A stretch of 64,000 nt of DNA from Desulfobacterales bacterium. GTDB lineage: Bacteria; Desulfobacterota; Desulfobacteria; Desulfobacterales; UBA5852. Below, piece by piece: positions 56,695 to 64,000 of this stretch. The position numbers and the translations under genes were made by a program. The stretch's first letter is position 1; each line of letters opens with the position of its first letter. The notes below the pieces were generated by a model. The model had not been told where the DNA came from, did not search any database, and worked only from the letters and a program-made list of their open reading frames with translations. Where the stretch lies: NCBI GenBank assembly GCA_963674755.2, contig CAXXVS010000001.1:1-64000 (forward strand). Direction: 5' to 3'.

Positions 56695-57444
56695 TTAGCG
56701 CGAGACCAGAATGGGTTGCAACCCCTTGGCTTCCAAAGCACGGATCGTCGCCCGGGCTGCCTGGCGATCGGCGAAGCGGCCCACCTGAACCCGGAACCAA
56801 CGGCCTTTTCCGGGAAGCGTTACCGCTGTTTGAAGCGCTTGATACCCTTCCCGCCGCAGACGGGCCACCATTTCGTCGGCCATCGTGGCATCCCGCAGGG
56901 AGGCGACCTGGAGAGTGAACGCCCCGGCGGAAGAAGGCGGTGCCGCGGCGGTGGATGCTTTCTGCTCCGGGGCCGGTTTGCGGACAGCGGCTTTGGCCGC
57001 CTTCGGCTGCAGTCCGGCCATGCGCCGTTTGATGGGAACATCGTCCGGGGCCGGGCCGGTATCGTCACTTTCCGGCGCGTCGGGCGGCGTGACAGCGGTC
57101 GGCTGGGGCGGCGAGCGTGCCAGGTTGGGATCAACGGTCACCTTGTCCCCCGACGCTTTCAACGCTTCATAAAAATCCAGGTCGGATTTGCTCTCGATGG
57201 CTTTGGAATAGTGTTCCAGCTGCTGGGCTTCCTGGTCTTGCACCTGGGCCCGCAGGGTCTGGAGATCCTGGCCGAGCTTTTTCATGTCGAAGCGCACCGG
57301 GGCGGTACCCCGCCCCACCAGGATCCCGAGGAAAAACGTCCAGGCGCAGGCCGCCAGAAACAGGGCCACACATCCCACAACACCCCGTCGGGAGAGCTGC
57401 CAGACGGGTTTGGGTTTCGGGGTGGTGGTTCGGGGTTTTGCCAT
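56695..57444 (-). CDS. SPOR-domain cell-division protein (FtsN/DedD-like)
   Basis: N-terminal TM (FFLGILVG), Pro/Ala linker and FTLQVASL...WFRVQVGRF. Follows argS. Confidence 0.88.
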   Translation of the reverse strand: MAKPRTTTPKPKPVWQLSRRGVVGCVALFLAACAWTFFLGILVGRGTAPVRFDMKKLGQDLQTLRAQVQDQEAQQLEHYSKAIESKSDLDFYEALKASGDKVTVDPNLARSPPQPTAVTPPDAPESDDTGPAPDDVPIKRRMAGLQPKAAKAAVRKPAPEQKASTAAAPPSSAGAFTLQVASLRDATMADEMVARLRREGYQALQTAVTLPGKGRWFRVQVGRFADRQAARATIRALEAKGLQPILVSR

Positions 57445-57510
57445 CTTGCTTGCCGGGTCGGATCGCCGGGAATAAGGCTTGCTGTCGGTATAAAGGGCTG
57501 CCGCTCTGGT

Positions 57511-59178
57511 TTACATACGCTCCGGGGCGGAAACCCCCAGCAGGGTCAGACCGTTGCGGATGACCTTTTGCACCGCCGTCACCAGGTAAAGGCGGCCCCG
57601 GGTGGCGATGGGATCTTCGGTCAAGACCCGCTGCCGGTTATAATAGGAATGAAACGCCCCCGCAAGGGTCATCAGATAAAAGGTTACCCGGTGGGGTTCC
57701 ATAAACCGGGCACTGGCATCGACGATTTCCGGAAAGCGGTTCAAGTGTTTGATCAGCTGAATGTCTTCCAGGGTCGTCAGGGTCGCGAGGGCCTCGGGAT
57801 CCAGAGAATCGCCGGCCGGTCGCTCGGCTTCGGCCTTGCGGCGGATGCTGGCGATGCGGGCGTGGACGTACTGGACATAGTAGACCGGGTTGTCGTTGGT
57901 TTTTTGCTTGGCCACTTCGAGATCGAAATCCAAGGGGCTGTCGTAGTGGCGGGTCAGAAAAAGGAAGCGGGCGGCATCGCGCCCCACTTCCCGGACCACG
58001 TCCTGCAGGGTCACGAACTCGCCGGCCCGGGTGGACATGGCCACCGGTTCGCCGCCGCGCAGCAGATTGACCAATTGCACCAAAATGACCTGGAAACGCT
58101 CGGGTGCCGTTCCGGTGGCTTCCACGGCCGCTTTCATGCGTGGGATGTAGCCATGGTGATCGGCGCCCCAGACATCGATCACCCGGTCGAATCCCCGTTC
58201 GAATTTTTCCTGGTGATAGGCGATGTCCGAGGCGAAATAGGTGGTGATGCCGTTGTTGCGCACCACCACCCGGTCTTTTTCATCGCCGAAGGCGGTGCTT
58301 GTAAACCACAGGGCGCCGTCTTTCTCGTAGACCAGCTTTTCCCCCCGCAGCTTGGCAATGCAGGCGTCCACGCGGCCGGAGTCATACAGGCTCTGCTCGC
58401 TGAACCACTGGTCGAAGGTTACGCCGAAGGCCGACAGGTCCTCCCGAATGCCTTCGATGATCAGGCCGGCGGCATAACGGGCACAGGCGGTGATGGCCTC
58501 CTCCTCGCTTTGGGCACGCAGCCGGTCGCCGTCGCGCTCTTTCAGGGATTTGGCCAGGTCCACAATGTAATCGCCCTGGTAGCAGGTTTCCGGAAAAGCC
58601 ACGGTTTCGCCGAATAATTCCCGGTAGCGCAGCAGCACGGACAGGCCCAGGGTCCTGATCTGGCGTCCGGAGTCATTGATATAGTATTCCCGCTGGATTT
58701 CGTAGCCGCTGAAGGCCAGGATGCGGGCCACGCTGTCGCCCACGGCCGCCCCCCGCCCATGGCCCACATGCAGCGGGCCGGTGGGGTTGGAGCTGACGAA
58801 TTCCACCTGGATTTTGCGGCCTTCGCCAAGGGCGGAGGACCCGTAGCGCTCGTCGGCCGCATGGATGGTCTCCAACACCGGCCACCAGGCATGCGGCGCG
58901 ATGGAGAAGTTGATAAACCCCGGTCCGGCGATGTCGACCTTTTGAATCCAGTCCGCGCTGCCTTCCAGATACGGCTTGAGAATTTCGGCGATCTTGCGGG
59001 GCGCCATTTTTTGGACCTTGGCCATGATCAGGGCCAGGTTGGTTGCAAAATCCCCATGGGCGTCATTTTTCGGTTCTTCGATATCGATTTCCGGGAAGGC
59101 CTCGGAGGGAAGCTGCCCGTCTGCGTAGGCCTGGCGTGCGGCCGTCCGGACAATATGCTGGAGTTTATCTTTCATCAT
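57511..59178 (-). CDS. argS: Arginine--tRNA ligase
   Basis: [31 protein letters not shown] and [13 protein letters not shown]. Confidence 0.97.
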   Translation of the reverse strand: MMKDKLQHIVRTAARQAYADGQLPSEAFPEIDIEEPKNDAHGDFATNLALIMAKVQKMAPRKIAEILKPYLEGSADWIQKVDIAGPGFINFSIAPHAWWPVLETIHAADERYGSSALGEGRKIQVEFVSSNPTGPLHVGHGRGAAVGDSVARILAFSGYEIQREYYINDSGRQIRTLGLSVLLRYRELFGETVAFPETCYQGDYIVDLAKSLKERDGDRLRAQSEEEAITACARYAAGLIIEGIREDLSAFGVTFDQWFSEQSLYDSGRVDACIAKLRGEKLVYEKDGALWFTSTAFGDEKDRVVVRNNGITTYFASDIAYHQEKFERGFDRVIDVWGADHHGYIPRMKAAVEATGTAPERFQVILVQLVNLLRGGEPVAMSTRAGEFVTLQDVVREVGRDAARFLFLTRHYDSPLDFDLEVAKQKTNDNPVYYVQYVHARIASIRRKAEAERPAGDSLDPEALATLTTLEDIQLIKHLNRFPEIVDASARFMEPHRVTFYLMTLAGAFHSYYNRQRVLTEDPIATRGRLYLVTAVQKVIRNGLTLLGVSAPERM

Positions 59179-59200
59179 GCGTCTGCAGGATCTCCCTATT

Positions 59201-59338
59201 GCCCATCCACAAATGGCATCTTTCGGTCCCGGCCGGCGTTTGCGCTCATTGGGAATCCTCGCCGTAGCGGGCTAGGCCTGCGGTTTCCCATTCGTTGCCG
59301 CCTTGGCCGGAACCAAAACCGACCATCTCTGGACGGAC
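59201..59338. repeat. Palindromic intergenic repeat, copy B (homologous to 16293-16470)
   Basis: Terminal arms GCCCATCCACAAATGG/CCATCTCTGGACGGAC, inner TTTCGGTCCCGGC/GCCGGAACCAAAA and TGGGAATC/GTTTCCCA. Blocks shared with copy A. Confidence 0.72.
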
Positions 59339-59574
59339 ACTTCATAGAATACAAACGGCGGACGCAGCACATTCGTTTGTCCGCCGCAGGGTTGGTTTTG
59401 GTTGCCGATGGGCATGGCTGCAGGCTGCCGGTCCGGCCATGCGGCTTCGGCAACCTGAAAAATTTCCTATCGCACAATTGCAGCGGCTTTTCAAGACATG
59501 GTTCGGCCAAGCGCGACCTGCTCTCGGGCGCCAATACCGCCTTGACAAGCCGATGGGCTTCCCATAGATAGGAG

Positions 59575-59738
59575 CGATCAAGGTGCCTATGGGCTCAATA
59601 GGGAATCCCGTGTGATTCGGGAGCGGTCCCGCCGCTGTAACCGGGGACGAACCCCGACAGTTCCACCGCCGCAGATATGTTGGGCGGGAAGGGTCGGGCG
59701 ATAGGATGATCCGGAAGCCAGAAGACCTGCCTTGGGAA
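59575..59738 (+). ncRNA. Cobalamin riboswitch
   Basis: AAGGTG...AATAGGGAA.CCCGTG.GATTCGGG.GCGG.CCCGCCGCTGTAA...CCAC...GGGAAGG...B12 box GAAGCCAGAAGACCTGCC, upstream of the cbiK operon. Confidence 0.93.
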
Positions 59739-59812
59739 ACGGGTTCTGCCTTTGCGGAGCGTCATCGACAGCGGCAGCCGGGATAGACATAGAGGGCCAA
59801 GTAAACGGGTGC

Positions 59813-59850
59813 AACCCTTCAAGCCGATTCGCTTGAAGGGTTTTTTTATT
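59813..59850 (+). terminator. Leader terminator (riboswitch expression platform)
   Basis: AACCCTTCAAGC-loop-GCTTGAAGGGTT followed by a T-tract, between the aptamer and the cbiK start. Confidence 0.8.
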
Positions 59851-59943
59851 GGCATGGTGAATGATGTCTTGAAATGGCCGACCGCGGAGCGCTTCAAAAA
59901 GGGATACCCTACTATCAACTTTTTTTAGCGAGGAGATTAAAAA

Positions 59944-60828
59944 ATGATGCAAAGAAGGTGGTTGGGAGTCGCCGCGGGACTGATGGTGGTATTGTTCATG
60001 GCGACCGCGGTTATGGCCAGTGCGGGGCACGGTGAAAAGCACCCCAAGAAGGTGGGCATTCTGCTGGTGGCTTTCGGTTCCAGTGAAGCATCGGCCCAGG
60101 TGTCCTTCGACAACATCGATCGCAAGGTCAAAGAAGCTTACCCAGGTATACCGGTGCGCTGGGCGTATACCTCCCACATCATCCGCAACAAGCTCGCCAA
60201 ACAGGGCAAAATGCTGGACTCTCCGGAAGTGGCCCTGGCCAAGATGCGGGATGAAAAGTTTACCCATGTGGCCGTGGCTTCCCTGCACACGATCCCAGGG
60301 GCCGAATACCACGATTTGCGGCGTTCCGTCGGTGCCTTCAAGGTAATGGGCGGTTTCGAACGGGTCATCCTGGCCTACCCTCTCATGGCCACCCAGGAGG
60401 ATATGGTGCGCGTTGTGGATGGCATCCTGGCCACCATCCCCAAGGAACGCAAAAAGGATGAGGCCGTCGTGCTGATGGGGCACGGCACCCATCATCCCTC
60501 CAATGCCTTTTACGCCGCCCTCATGTTCCAGCTCCAGCTCCGCGACCCCAACATCCTTGTGGGCACGGTGGAGGGCTACCCCGACCTGGATCTGATCCAG
60601 GAGCTGTTGCGCAAGAAGAAGATCAAGAAGCTCTATCTGATGCCCTTCATGTCCGTGGCTGGCGATCATGCCAAAAACGACATGGCCGGTGACGAGGACG
60701 ATTCATGGAAATCGATACTGACCAAAGCCGGATTCGAATGCGTGCCCGTGCTGAAGGGAACAGCCGAATACGATGAATTTGCCGATATCTGGGTCGACCA
60801 TGTCGGTGGCCCTTTGAGCCACTTCTAG
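59944..60828 (+). CDS. cbiK: Sirohydrochlorin cobaltochelatase, signal-peptide-bearing (CbiK-P type)
   Basis: ILLVAFGSS, AYTSHIIR, SLHTIPGAEY, LMGHGTHH, GTVEGYP and PFMSVAGDHAKNDMAG, with an N-terminal signal peptide. Confidence 0.92.
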   Translation: MMQRRWLGVAAGLMVVLFMATAVMASAGHGEKHPKKVGILLVAFGSSEASAQVSFDNIDRKVKEAYPGIPVRWAYTSHIIRNKLAKQGKMLDSPEVALAKMRDEKFTHVAVASLHTIPGAEYHDLRRSVGAFKVMGGFERVILAYPLMATQEDMVRVVDGILATIPKERKKDEAVVLMGHGTHHPSNAFYAALMFQLQLRDPNILVGTVEGYPDLDLIQELLRKKKIKKLYLMPFMSVAGDHAKNDMAGDEDDSWKSILTKAGFECVPVLKGTAEYDEFADIWVDHVGGPLSHF

Positions 60829-60865
60829 CCGGTTCCTGCTGTTTTCCGATGGCAACCGCGATCGG

Positions 60866-62041
60866 ATGACAGTAGGCGTCCATAAAAAGGAGACCGGTCG
60901 GGCCGGTTCGGCAAACGCTTGCCGGGTCGGCCCGATGCGATTGATGATGAACACCGCCCCGATACCCGGCCGAACCACCGCCCAGGAAATTGCGGGAGCC
61001 GCGGATGGCGCTGATCCCGGCCGTCCGGCAGGTTGGACGATGGCCGGCCTCATCGTTTTGTTGGCCGGCGCAGTGGTGGTCGCGGCCTCTTTGGGCTATG
61101 TTCGGCTGCCGTTTGCGGCCGTGGTCAAGATCATGGCGGCCCGCCTGCTGCACCAGCCCGATTGGCTGGAGGCCTTTAACCCGGTCTGGCCGGTGGTGGT
61201 TACCGAGGTGCGTCTGCCCCGCATTCTGTGCTCGGCCGTGGTGGGGGCCGGCCTGGCCATGTGCGGGGTTGTTTTCCAGGGCATCCTGCTCAACCCCCTG
61301 GCCGATCCCTACACGCTAGGTGTTTCGGCCGGGGCGGCCTTCGGGGCGGCCGTGGCCCTGCTGATCAATATCAGCCTGCTGGGCACCTTTTCAGTTCCGC
61401 TGTTTGCTTTTGCCGGTGCGGTGGCGACTTTGTTCGTGGTGATCTATCTGTCTTCCGACGGCAGTGGCTTTTCCTCCACCAACCTGATTCTATCCGGTAT
61501 CATCGTGGCTGCCATCCTTTCGGCCGGCCTCAGTTTCATCAAATACATGGCCGACGAGCAGGTGAGCGTGATCATCTTCTGGCTCATGGGCAGTTTTGCC
61601 GCCCGGACCTGGGCCGATGTGGGCCTGGTGGCATCCGCCGTAGGCCTGGGGACCGTCGCCTGCACCTATTTCGCGCGGGATTTGAATCTTTTGGCGCTGG
61701 GCGAACGGCCGGCGGCCTCCCTGGGCGTCGACTTCCGGCGGGTCACCCTGGTGTTGCTGGTCACGGCCTCCCTGGTGGCGGCGGTGTGCGTGGCCGTCTC
61801 CGGCATCATCGGGTTCGTGGGACTGCTGGTGCCTCACCTCATGCGCATGCTGGTGGGGCCGGACAACCGCCGCCTGTTGCCGGCCTCCCTGCTCAGCGGG
61901 GCGCTGCTCCTGCTGGCGGCCGACACCCTCACCCGGGCGATCCTGCCCGAGGAGATCCCCATCGGGGTGCTGACGGCCCTCGTGGGAGGGCCTTTTTTCT
62001 GTTACATCTTTCGGCGTCGTCAAAGGGAGCGGGCCCTATGA
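60866..62041 (+). CDS. FecCD/BtuC-family ABC permease
   Basis: RLPRI, FQGILLNPLADPYTLGVSAGA, GIIGFVGLLVPH and IPIGVLTALVGGPFF. True start may be downstream (about 60935-60947). Confidence 0.92.
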   Translation: MTVGVHKKETGRAGSANACRVGPMRLMMNTAPIPGRTTAQEIAGAADGADPGRPAGWTMAGLIVLLAGAVVVAASLGYVRLPFAAVVKIMAARLLHQPDWLEAFNPVWPVVVTEVRLPRILCSAVVGAGLAMCGVVFQGILLNPLADPYTLGVSAGAAFGAAVALLINISLLGTFSVPLFAFAGAVATLFVVIYLSSDGSGFSSTNLILSGIIVAAILSAGLSFIKYMADEQVSVIIFWLMGSFAARTWADVGLVASAVGLGTVACTYFARDLNLLALGERPAASLGVDFRRVTLVLLVTASLVAAVCVAVSGIIGFVGLLVPHLMRMLVGPDNRRLLPASLLSGALLLLAADTLTRAILPEEIPIGVLTALVGGPFFCYIFRRRQRERAL

Positions 62042-62826
62042 CCGCCGCCACCCCTTTATTCGAGGTGGCCGATCTGCAGTTTGGCTATGCGCGCGGCCCT
62101 GTTCTGGAAGGGGTGAGCTTCACCCTGACGGCCGGGTGCTTCTACGGTTTGCTGGGCCCCAACGGCTGCGGCAAAACCACGCTGCTGGATTTGCTGGCGG
62201 GTCTGAAGCGGCCTGCCAGTGGTCATATTCGCTTCCGGGGGCGCCCCCTCGATGCTTACGGCCGCCGGCAACTGGCCCGGGAGATCGCCCTCGTGCCCCA
62301 GAATTTTTACATCAATTTCCCGTTTGCCGTTCACGAGGTGGTCATGATGGGCCGCTATCCGCATCTCGGGCGCTTTGCCCGGCCCGGGGAGGAAGACCTC
62401 CGCCTCGTCCAGGAAGCCCTGGATGCGGCCAACATGGGCCGGTTGGCGAACCGGCCGGTAACCGCCCTGAGCGGGGGCGAGCGCCAGCGGGTGATTTTCG
62501 CCCGGGCCCTGGCCCAGAACACCGACATGCTCATGCTCGACGAGGCTACCTCCAATCTCGATATCCGGCATACCCTGGGGCTGCTCAGCCGCGCCCGGGA
62601 GCGGGTCCGTCAGGGACAGCTGACGGTCCTGGCCGTATTCCAGGATATCAACCTGGCGGCCCTGTATTGCGACGAACTTTTATTTCTCCAGGCGGGCGGT
62701 CTGGTCGCCCAGGGGCCGACCGACGATGTCCTGCGGGCAGATATCCTGGAGAAAGTCTACGGGGTTGACGGCCATATCCGGCCCCACGCGGAATACGGCC
62801 TGCCCCAGGTGGATTTCAGACGATGA
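62038..62826 (+). CDS. BtuD/FepC-family ABC ATP-binding protein
   Basis: Start MTAATPLF (ATGA overlap), GPNGCGKTT, LSGGERQR and LDEATSNLD. Confidence 0.92.
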   Translation: MTAATPLFEVADLQFGYARGPVLEGVSFTLTAGCFYGLLGPNGCGKTTLLDLLAGLKRPASGHIRFRGRPLDAYGRRQLAREIALVPQNFYINFPFAVHEVVMMGRYPHLGRFARPGEEDLRLVQEALDAANMGRLANRPVTALSGGERQRVIFARALAQNTDMLMLDEATSNLDIRHTLGLLSRARERVRQGQLTVLAVFQDINLAALYCDELLFLQAGGLVAQGPTDDVLRADILEKVYGVDGHIRPHAEYGLPQVDFRR

Positions 62827-63857
62827 AGCGGTTGCTTGCCATAACCTGTTGCCTGTTGGCGATCGCCGCTGCGGCCCTGGCCGCCGGTTCAAAGGGCGGG
62901 AGCGGTGGGCCCACCCTGACCCAGTTGACCGATGCGGCCGGACGGACGGTGTCTCTCGCCCAACCGTTTACCCGGATAATTTCCCTCTATGGCGCGCACA
63001 CCGAAAATCTGCTCGCCCTGGGGGCCGGCCGGGAGGTTATCGGCGTTACCCGGCACGATACCGAATTCCCAGCGGCGCAGGGCAAAGCGGTGTTTTCCTA
63101 CCATGACGGCCTGGAGCGCTTCCTGGCGGCCAATCCGGATCTGGTGCTGATCCGTCCCATGATCGATCGGGGCTATGCACCGTTGGTGGCGGGTCTGGAA
63201 AAGCACGGTATCACCGTGGTGTCCCTGCAGCCCGGCACGGTCGAAGAGATGATGACTTACTGGCGCATTTTGGGGGCACTGAGCGGCCGGCGGCTGCAGG
63301 CCGAGCGCATGGTCGCGGCCTTCCAGCAGGCCGTGGCCGATTTCCGGACCCTGGCAGCTCCCATCCGCCACCGGAAGCGGGTCTATTTCGAGGCCATCCA
63401 CAAACGCATGAAAACCTTTACCCCCGGCTCCATGCCGATTTTCGCCCTGGAAACGGCCGGCGGCATCAATATCGCGGCCGATGCCGATCAAGTGCGCACG
63501 ACCAATATTGCCTACTACGGCAAAGAGCGGCTTTTGAGCCGGGCCGCCGAAATCGATGTCTACCTGGCCCAGCGCGGCCCCATGAACCAGGCCACGCCGG
63601 CCTTGATCCGGGGCGAACCCGGCTTTGCAATCATCAAGGCGATCCGGGAAAACCAGGTGTTCATCATCGATGAAGCCATCGTGGCGCGTCCCACCTGGCG
63701 GCTGTTGCAAGGCATCCAGGCGATCGGCACGCTCCTCTACCCGGACCAGTTCGGCGCCAACGGGGCGCGTATCCTGCAAGCTGCCGAGGCCGCACGGGAG
63801 GCCGCCGGCGCAGCACCTTATTCAAATTCAAGCAAAGCGAAGGTCTCTTATGAATGA
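62823..63857 (+). CDS. BtuF/FecB-like periplasmic binding protein
   Basis: Signal peptide, TDAAGRTV...RIISL...TENL.ALG, and E.FLAANPDLV. Confidence 0.9.
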   Translation: MKRLLAITCCLLAIAAAALAAGSKGGSGGPTLTQLTDAAGRTVSLAQPFTRIISLYGAHTENLLALGAGREVIGVTRHDTEFPAAQGKAVFSYHDGLERFLAANPDLVLIRPMIDRGYAPLVAGLEKHGITVVSLQPGTVEEMMTYWRILGALSGRRLQAERMVAAFQQAVADFRTLAAPIRHRKRVYFEAIHKRMKTFTPGSMPIFALETAGGINIAADADQVRTTNIAYYGKERLLSRAAEIDVYLAQRGPMNQATPALIRGEPGFAIIKAIRENQVFIIDEAIVARPTWRLLQGIQAIGTLLYPDQFGANGARILQAAEAAREAAGAAPYSNSSKAKVSYE

Positions 63858-64000
63858 AAAATTAGGCAAACTTTACGGCATCGGGGTGGGTCCCGGCGAT
63901 CCGGATCTGCTGACCCTGAAGGCGGTCAAGGTGCTGCAACAGGTGTCGGTGGTCTTTACGGCGGCCTCTTCCAAGAACGACTACAGTCTCGCCCTGGAAA
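63850..64000 (+). CDS. cbiL: Precorrin-2/cobalt-factor II C20-methyltransferase (5' part only)
   Basis: MNEKLGKLYGIGVGPGDPDLLTLKAVKVL, in cobalamin operon context. Confidence 0.82.
   Translation, partial: MNEKLGKLYGIGVGPGDPDLLTLKAVKVLQQVSVVFTAASSKNDYSLALE

Overview
GC-rich bacterial chromosome segment, most consistent with a sulfate-reducing Desulfobacterota (Desulfobacterales-like) genome. Left to right: (1) 1-15 kb, a propionate/methylmalonyl-CoA module: partial transcarboxylase 5S/pyruvate-carboxylase-B-like gene, small accessory subunit, carboxyltransferase, MeaB, methylmalonyl-CoA mutase, TetR regulator, epimerase, propionyl-CoA synthetase and SatP-like channel, with a sigma54 promoter and a tandem-Cache sensor kinase/sigma54 response regulator. 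(2) Aminotransferase, NifU-like, tgt, queA, DUF2065. (3) A plus-strand operon with an ABC exporter whose ATPase domain carries an internally repeated insertion, a stand-alone cNMP-binding protein and an RsbW/STAS partner-switch pair. (4) A convergent ~20 kb minus-strand run of 14 genes of unknown function: several glycosyltransferase-like genes (one STELLO/DUF288-like), a histidine phosphatase, a deacetylase, a MacB/LolD-type ABC system with a ~1640 aa permease carrying an apparently dead M28-peptidase ectodomain, two OPT-like polytopic membrane proteins, an exported protein and a PqqD/RRE-like protein. This is the best candidate for an undescribed system. (5) gatB, a membrane-fused spermidine-synthase-like gene, a porin with variable-looking loops, an FG-GAP protein, mutL, gatA, gatC, SPOR, argS. 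(6) A cobalamin riboswitch ahead of cbiK, a Btu/Fec-like ABC importer and cbiL. Three palindromic intergenic repeats sharing a common architecture lie just upstream of the aminotransferase, mutL and argS. No rRNA, tRNA, CRISPR array or transposase was recognised. All family assignments are from motif recognition by eye, not from database searches.
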